This document shows, piece by piece, positions 38,645-43,716 of a DNA stretch of 43,716 bases. The DNA comes from an uncultured Clostridia bacterium (GTDB lineage Bacteria > Bacillota > Clostridia > Christensenellales > UBA3700). The notes beneath the pieces are model-generated. The model did not search any database and had not been told where the DNA came from. It worked only from the letters and a program-made list of their open reading frames with translations. The DNA lies in NCBI GenBank assembly GCA_944383935.1, contig CALWRK010000003.1, positions 1 through 43,716 of the forward strand. Direction: 5' to 3'. Numbering within the stretch: position 1 is the stretch's first letter; every line of letters starts with the position of its first letter. The position numbers and the translations under genes were made by a program.

Positions 38645-40009
38645 ATGAAAAAGATTGTTTCCTTTGCGCTGGTTGCGCTGTGCGTCGCTTGCGCGTGCAT
38701 ATTCCTCCTTACAGGCTGCGCTTCGGGCAGAGTCACGGACGGCGCCTTTTCCCAAGGGCTGATGGCTGTGGAACAGGGCGGTCTTTGGGGGTATATGGAC
38801 GAAAAAGGGGAGATTGTCATAGACTGCAAGTACGACATCGCCACGCCTTTCGGCGCGGGTCATGCCGCAGTGAGCGAGGGCGGCAGGAGCTATCTCATAG
38901 ATTACAGGGGCACGGACAGCGGTATAGAGCTGGCTTCGGCGGCGATAGTCATATCTCCAGATATGAAAAATATAGCCGTTCAAGACAAGAACACTGCGCT
39001 GTTCGGAGTGATAGATTCTGCGGGCAACCGGCTTGTCCCCGCCATCTACGACGATATTCGCTTCACCTTGGGCGGACTTATCGTATGCGACATGGGCGAT
39101 ATGAGCGCGCTTTTCGATTCGGAGGGGAAGAGCCTTTATCCCATGGGATATCGGATAATGGAGGCGGCAGATTGCGTCGCCCTCTACGACCGCTATGAGG
39201 ACGTGCTCATCGTGTGCGACGTAAACGGGCGCGAAACCGATAGGTTGGAAGGCGTTACGAGCGCGACTTTGGCGGGAGGATATGTGAAATATACGCAAAT
39301 CGCTTCGGACGGCAGTGAACATAGCTATCTCTGCGGCACTGCGGTGGATATTCCCTCTTCTCAGGCGGAAATTGAAGTGGCTTATGGCAGCGTGTACGTC
39401 CTCTGCTACGGCGAGGGCACGCAATCGTACGCCGGTACGGACGAATATCAAGTATACACCATCTCCGGACTGCAAGTCACGGAAAGATACGACTATGTGA
39501 CCGTACATCCCGAAATAGGCTACATCGGCTGTTTTGCCATAGGCGAGTCGGGGAGTTTGACAGAGGGCGTAATCACGGATATCAACGCGGGCAGGGCGGT
39601 TTACAGAACGATGACGGCAGAGGAGATAAACTCTTTCAGACTCATTCTTTTGGACGGCGTGTCCTTGGACTACATGATTGAAGCAGACGGCGCCATATAT
39701 GACGGAGATACCGGCGAGGTTATCATCGCGCCCGGCGAAGGGGAGAGCATATTCGGATCCTTGGCGGGCAATATCATCATAGAAGACGGCAATAACGGCT
39801 TCGTAAAGGTGGTCGATCTGCAAGGAAAGGTGCTATTCACCACGGCGGTGGGTGAAACTTTGACGAGCCTCACCGGCAGGGAGGACTATTTCTTTACCAC
39901 CGATACGGAGGGGTATATGGCTATGTACAACGCCCGCACCTTCCGGCGAGTATTCGGCTATGATATGCGCATAACGTCCGTAAACCCCGCAAGCGGACAG
40001 ACCATTTAG
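38645..40009 (+). CDS. WG-repeat lipoprotein, paralog 4
   Basis: The lipobox is LLTGC. Repeats are GLWGYMDEKGEIVIDCKYDIATPFGAGHAAV and ALFGVIDSAGNRLVPAIYDDI. Confidence 0.8.
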   Translation: MKKIVSFALVALCVACACIFLLTGCASGRVTDGAFSQGLMAVEQGGLWGYMDEKGEIVIDCKYDIATPFGAGHAAVSEGGRSYLIDYRGTDSGIELASAAIVISPDMKNIAVQDKNTALFGVIDSAGNRLVPAIYDDIRFTLGGLIVCDMGDMSALFDSEGKSLYPMGYRIMEAADCVALYDRYEDVLIVCDVNGRETDRLEGVTSATLAGGYVKYTQIASDGSEHSYLCGTAVDIPSSQAEIEVAYGSVYVLCYGEGTQSYAGTDEYQVYTISGLQVTERYDYVTVHPEIGYIGCFAIGESGSLTEGVITDINAGRAVYRTMTAEEINSFRLILLDGVSLDYMIEADGAIYDGDTGEVIIAPGEGESIFGSLAGNIIIEDGNNGFVKVVDLQGKVLFTTAVGETLTSLTGREDYFFTTDTEGYMAMYNARTFRRVFGYDMRITSVNPASGQTI

Positions 40010-40018
40010 GAGGGCATT

Positions 40019-41485
40019 ATGAAGAAGAAACTCACCATTATAGCGCTCGTATTGCTCTTTGTCGCGCTCGTGGGCGCGGCGGCGTGCACTCCCGACGAAG
40101 GAGTGTTCTCCGAAGGGCTGGTCGCCGTGAGGGACGAGTACGGCTATTGGGGCTATGTAAATTCGAGCGGCAAGAGCGTTATCGCGAATAATTACGCCTC
40201 CGTCACTCCCTTTGAAAACGGGGTAGCCGTGGTCTATACCATACCCGAATACGAGGAAAATTCCCGCTGCTTTTTGATAGATACAAAGGGAGATATCGTA
40301 GCCGGTCCTTTTGAAAACGCCGCGCTTTCGGAGGGCGGCAGATATGCGTATGTGTGCAATGCAGACACCGGATTATACGGCGTATACGACGTGGACGCGC
40401 GCGCATACGAAAAAGAGTGCGTATATTCCGCGATCGGCTATGAAGAGGGAAAATATTGCGCGTTCGGCTATGTCGCTCAGGACAAACCGTATTTGGAATT
40501 TTACGACCTCACGGGAGGCACTTTCCGCCACACTCTCACCCTGCCTTATGAAGGCGATATGTTCCTTCTCAAAGGCTATGCGTGCGTATCTTCGCCCGCG
40601 CCCTCTAACGGGGACGGTTCTAAGCCGTTAAACGATACGATATTCTCCGTATACTCCGCCATTTCCGGGGAGAAGGAGGACTTTGCGGGAGCGGCGGTGG
40701 ATTATATCTCGGAAAACGCCCCGCTCATAGCCTTGGAAAGTTACGTTTCTTCCGGAGGAGAGGACGTGCTCACCTATACCGTTCTCGCGGGGCAAAAGCA
40801 GATACTCTCCGCTCCCAAAGAGGACGTTACCGTTCTTACGGATAAGGAAGAGAGGGACATTCTTCTCGCCGTGTCCGATGAGGAAGGGGGGATGACCTAC
40901 TACGCCCTTTCTTCGGACGGAGTGATGTGGAGCGGCAGTGAAAAGCCCGAACTCATGGGCGGAAGCTACTATGTGCGAGAGGGAGAGGAGTATGTATTCT
41001 TCATCGGCGGACGTATGATGCGCGTAAATCTGCCTCATGGTCAAGCCGAAAGTATCTCTGCGTCCACCGCCTATGGTGTTCTGGACAACGTGACGGGCGA
41101 GATATATCTCAAAATCACCGCCTCCGCCGAGAGGACGGAAACAAACGAGTTCGGGGAGGAGATCTCTACATGGGACACCTTCCGCTACTTGGTTTCGCCG
41201 AGCGGGGAGATATACGACATCACCTCAATGGACTCCGCCGATTCTCCCTATTCCCTGAGCAGCGTGCACGAGGGGAAACTCGTACTGCAAAATACGGATA
41301 ACAACAGGTTCGCCCTCTACAATCTCGACGGAAGCGCGGTTACAGACTTTATCTATTCGGATATAGAAGGCGCCGGCAGCGGTTATTACGAAGTTGTGCT
41401 GGGCAGAGCGCACGGCATAATTGATTCGGAGGGAAAAGAAGTCTTGGCGCCCGCCTTTGCCGATATAGTCACGAGGATGCTGTAA
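40019..41485 (+). CDS. WG-repeat lipoprotein, paralog 5
   Basis: The lipobox is GAAAC. Repeats are GYWGYVNSSGKSVIANNYASVTPFENGVAVV, GLYGVYDVDARAYEKECVYSAI and a C-terminal AHGIIDSEGKEVLAPAFADI. Confidence 0.8.
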   Translation: MKKKLTIIALVLLFVALVGAAACTPDEGVFSEGLVAVRDEYGYWGYVNSSGKSVIANNYASVTPFENGVAVVYTIPEYEENSRCFLIDTKGDIVAGPFENAALSEGGRYAYVCNADTGLYGVYDVDARAYEKECVYSAIGYEEGKYCAFGYVAQDKPYLEFYDLTGGTFRHTLTLPYEGDMFLLKGYACVSSPAPSNGDGSKPLNDTIFSVYSAISGEKEDFAGAAVDYISENAPLIALESYVSSGGEDVLTYTVLAGQKQILSAPKEDVTVLTDKEERDILLAVSDEEGGMTYYALSSDGVMWSGSEKPELMGGSYYVREGEEYVFFIGGRMMRVNLPHGQAESISASTAYGVLDNVTGEIYLKITASAERTETNEFGEEISTWDTFRYLVSPSGEIYDITSMDSADSPYSLSSVHEGKLVLQNTDNNRFALYNLDGSAVTDFIYSDIEGAGSGYYEVVLGRAHGIIDSEGKEVLAPAFADIVTRML

Positions 41486-41511
41486 GATGCGAAAGTTTCC
41501 GCTATAAGCGC

Positions 41512-41538
41512 GGCGCCTCGATGGGAGGCGCCTTTTTT
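41512..41538 (+). terminator. Rho-independent terminator ending the lipoprotein operon
   Basis: GGCGCCTC-GATGG-GAGGCGCC followed by TTTTTT. Confidence 0.8.
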
Positions 41539-41564
41539 ATATATGTATATTTTTTCCGCGCCTA

Positions 41565-41593
41565 TTGTAAAATGTTTGAAAATATGGTAATAT
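41565..41593 (+). promoter_or_regulatory. candidate malQ promoter (extended -10)
   Basis: TTGTAA (41565-41570), 17 nt ending in TGg, TAATAT (41588-41593). Confidence 0.4.
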
Positions 41594-41639
41594 ATAAGCG
41601 ACGCCATACGGCGCGTTACAAAAAACATAAGGGGTAATC

Positions 41640-43145
41640 ATGAAAAATTTCACCAGATCGGCAGGCGTGTTGCTCAACGTTTCCTCTCTGCCCTCTCCGT
41701 ACGGCATAGGCGGCTTCGGAAGGGAAACGGACGAACTGTGCGATTTTCTGCTGCGCAGCGGCTTTCACTACTGGCAGATACTGCCTTTGAACACGATAGG
41801 ATTGGGGGATTCTCCCTATTCCGGCACTTCCGCTTTTGCGGGAAATTATCTGTATATAGACCCGGAAAAGCTTTTGAGGGACGGAGCGGTCACCCAAGCG
41901 GACGCACAGGCTGCCGAGTATCCCGGAGAGCCTTACAGCGTGGACTACGCCTTTTGCGCCAACTCCAAGCGCGCAATCGTGCGCAAGGCGTTTGAATCGG
42001 GGGCGTATTCCAAGGAGGATATGGAAAAATACAGGGCGGAAAATGCGGTATGGCTGGACGATTATGCCCTGTATATGGCTATAAAAGACATGATGGGCGC
42101 GCTGCCTTGGTGGCGCTGGGAAAAGGAGTATGCCCGCCGCGATAAGAATGCGTTGGATAAGGTGCGCGAGGGAGAGGAGTATGCCTACTATTGCTTTGAA
42201 CAGTTCTTGTTCGACAGGCAGTGGAGAGAGGTGAGGGAAAGACTGACCGCTCACGGCATAAGCGTGATAGGAGATATGCCCATGTACGTCAGCTTGGACA
42301 GCGCGGACGTATGGGCGCATCCGGAGCTGTTCCGGCTGGACAAGGAACTCAATCCCGTTGCGGTGGCGGGAGTCCCGCCCGACTATTTCAGTGAGGACGG
42401 TCAGCTTTGGGGAAATCCCCTCTACAACATCGAAATGCTCAAAAAGACGGGCTATAAGTGGTGGTTGGAGCGCCTAGAACGCGCCATGAGTTGGTACGAC
42501 GTGCTCAGAATAGACCACTTCCGCGCGTTCAGCAGATATTGGAGCGTACCCGCAAATGCCGCCACGGCAAAGGAGGGTAAGTGGGAGAGGGGGCTGGGAA
42601 TGGACTTCCTCAAAAAGGCGTTTGTCGCCATGCCCGACGCCCGCTTCATCGCGGAAGATCTGGGTATAATAGACGACGAGGTCAGAAAACTCTTGAAAGA
42701 GAGCGGTCTGCCCGGAATGCGCGTAATGCAGTTCGGATTCGAGGACGGGGACAGTATTCATCTCCCCCACAACTTCGACAGATATTGCATAGGCTACACC
42801 GCCACTCATGACAATAACACCACTTTGGGCTGGCTGCAACAGCTTCCCCCCAACATCCTTGACTATGTGCTGCGCTATGTGCGCTGCGATGCGTTCGGCT
42901 GGGGAAACGGAGGCTACGGCTGTCTGTCCACTAAGGCGTTCTATCGCAAACTGGCAGAAAGCAGCTGCATTCTCGCGATCGTCCCCTTCCAGGATATGTG
43001 TGGTTTCGGCGCCGATTGCCGTATGAATACACCGGGAGTCGCGGACGGAAATTGGAGATATCGCGCCACTTACGAGAACTTCGACGGCGTGGACAGCGCT
43101 TTCTTCAACGAGGTGAACAGCCTCTACGGCAGGAACAGAAGTTGA
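41640..43145 (+). CDS. malQ: 4-alpha-glucanotransferase (amylomaltase, GH77)
   Basis: GVLLNVSSLPSPYGIGGFG, WQILPL, IGDMPMYV, LWGNPLY, RIDHFRAF and TATHDN are GH77 signatures. Confidence 0.95.
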   Translation: MKNFTRSAGVLLNVSSLPSPYGIGGFGRETDELCDFLLRSGFHYWQILPLNTIGLGDSPYSGTSAFAGNYLYIDPEKLLRDGAVTQADAQAAEYPGEPYSVDYAFCANSKRAIVRKAFESGAYSKEDMEKYRAENAVWLDDYALYMAIKDMMGALPWWRWEKEYARRDKNALDKVREGEEYAYYCFEQFLFDRQWREVRERLTAHGISVIGDMPMYVSLDSADVWAHPELFRLDKELNPVAVAGVPPDYFSEDGQLWGNPLYNIEMLKKTGYKWWLERLERAMSWYDVLRIDHFRAFSRYWSVPANAATAKEGKWERGLGMDFLKKAFVAMPDARFIAEDLGIIDDEVRKLLKESGLPGMRVMQFGFEDGDSIHLPHNFDRYCIGYTATHDNNTTLGWLQQLPPNILDYVLRYVRCDAFGWGNGGYGCLSTKAFYRKLAESSCILAIVPFQDMCGFGADCRMNTPGVADGNWRYRATYENFDGVDSAFFNEVNSLYGRNRS

Positions 43146-43540
43146 AGGCGGAGTATCCCGAATTCACCCTTTTTTGGGAGGAGGGCGTAACCTCTTCCCG
43201 AATGGTAGGCGAGTGCCTGGGAGAGGAGTTGACGCATACCCCATCCGGAGCGCCCTGCGTGCCCGGGTATTCCGTATCCCTCTCCGATACCTGCGGCTAT
43301 GTCTTTTTGGCGGTCACTCAAAAAAATCGCCGCATAGGCGTGGATGCGGAGGATATGCGCCGCACTCCGCCAAAAGGATTCAAGGACATACGCGAGTGGA
43401 CGGATGCGGAAGCCTATTGCAAGGCAATCGGCAAAAATCTGTTCTCTCTCATAAGAGAGGGAGCGCCGCAAACCGAATTTTTCCGAACGGAGATAGAGGG
43501 AATGGCAGTGAGTGTGTGGGTGGAAGAGGAAATAAGATGA
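43142..43540 (+). CDS. miniature Sfp-type 4'-phosphopantetheinyl transferase-like protein (divergent, start uncertain)
   Basis: SGAPCVPGYSVSLSDTCGYVFLAVTQKNRRIGVDAED aligns by eye with Sfp EYGKPCIP..FNISHSGRWVICAF..PIGIDIEK. EWTDAEAYCKAIGK aligns with WSMKESFIKQEGK. The TTG at 43142 overlaps the malQ stop (TTGA). ATG 43202 is an alternative start. Confidence 0.45.
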   Translation: MKAEYPEFTLFWEEGVTSSRMVGECLGEELTHTPSGAPCVPGYSVSLSDTCGYVFLAVTQKNRRIGVDAEDMRRTPPKGFKDIREWTDAEAYCKAIGKNLFSLIREGAPQTEFFRTEIEGMAVSVWVEEEIR

Positions 43541-43614
43541 TTTTTTTCAAGTCGGCAGCGTGACGCTGCACCCTTGTTATGATTTTTTCAGGACGGCAGC
43601 GTGACGCTGCACCC
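43539..43614. repeat. two tandem ~35-bp units, each containing the palindrome GCAGCG-TGA-CGCTGC
   Basis: GATTTTTTTCAAGTCGGCAGCGTGACGCTGCACCC (43539-43573) and GATTTTTTCAGGACGGCAGCGTGACGCTGCACCC (43581-43614). An inverted partner of the GATTTTTTCAG arm lies near 43675-43688. Confidence 0.7.
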
Positions 43615-43716
43615 GTGAAAGCCTTATACAGGCAAAAAGGGAAAGCATACCTGTTTTCTTCGCACAAGCAAAGACTCTGAAAAAATCGTTAGATTTTTCG
43701 GAAGTTCGCAGCTATG

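Noticed and set aside
38594-39823. 409-aa minus-strand ORF inside WG-lipoprotein paralog 4
   Set aside because: It is antisense to an ORF with a signal peptide, lipobox and WG repeats, and it has no features of its own.
43539-43614. Possible CRISPR array
   Set aside because: There are only two units separated by a 7-bp spacer, and no cas genes are in the window. The geometry is wrong for CRISPR.

Overview
The window is a contiguous chromosomal segment that looks like an anaerobic Firmicute (Clostridia-like). It is almost entirely plus-strand coding and moderately GC-rich by eye. I saw no rRNA, tRNA, CRISPR array, transposase, integrase or prophage genes. Left to right, the content is:
- An FGGY sugar kinase with two class II aldolase paralogs.
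- The conserved mrnC-(thyX)-rlmB-sigH block.
- A BspA-type LRR lipoprotein, an Fe-ADH, a PHP phosphatase and ung, then an rsmF-like methyltransferase on the minus strand.
- An alpha/beta-hydrolase, membrane protein and PflX-type radical SAM triad.
- A five-gene hydrogenase operon: 2Fe-2S protein, HydS-type sensory [FeFe]-hydrogenase with PAS, PP2C phosphatase, YfcE phosphodiesterase and group-B-like [FeFe]-hydrogenase.
- A lipoprotein of unknown function.
- A complete F1Fo ATP synthase operon, an orphan Wzz/PCP-like membrane protein and a CDF transporter on the minus strand.
- Two GPH-type symporters, a 620-bp non-coding island holding a ~128-bp repeat family, and an orphan ACP.
- An operon of five tandem WG-repeat lipoprotein paralogs, then malQ and a miniature Sfp-like PPTase ORF.

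The most interesting observations are:
1. The five-paralog WG-repeat lipoprotein operon has no known function.
2. The ATP synthase has no separate delta gene. A delta C-terminal-domain module is fused to the N-terminus of alpha, and the c subunit carries a signal-peptide-like 65-aa extension.
3. The sensory hydrogenase and PP2C module has no locally encoded phosphatase target and has an embedded YfcE phosphodiesterase.
4. The repeat family lies between the second GPH symporter gene and acp.
5. Five operons start with an exact TTGACA-N17-TATAAT promoter.

All calls come from reading the translations and the DNA. No database search was run.
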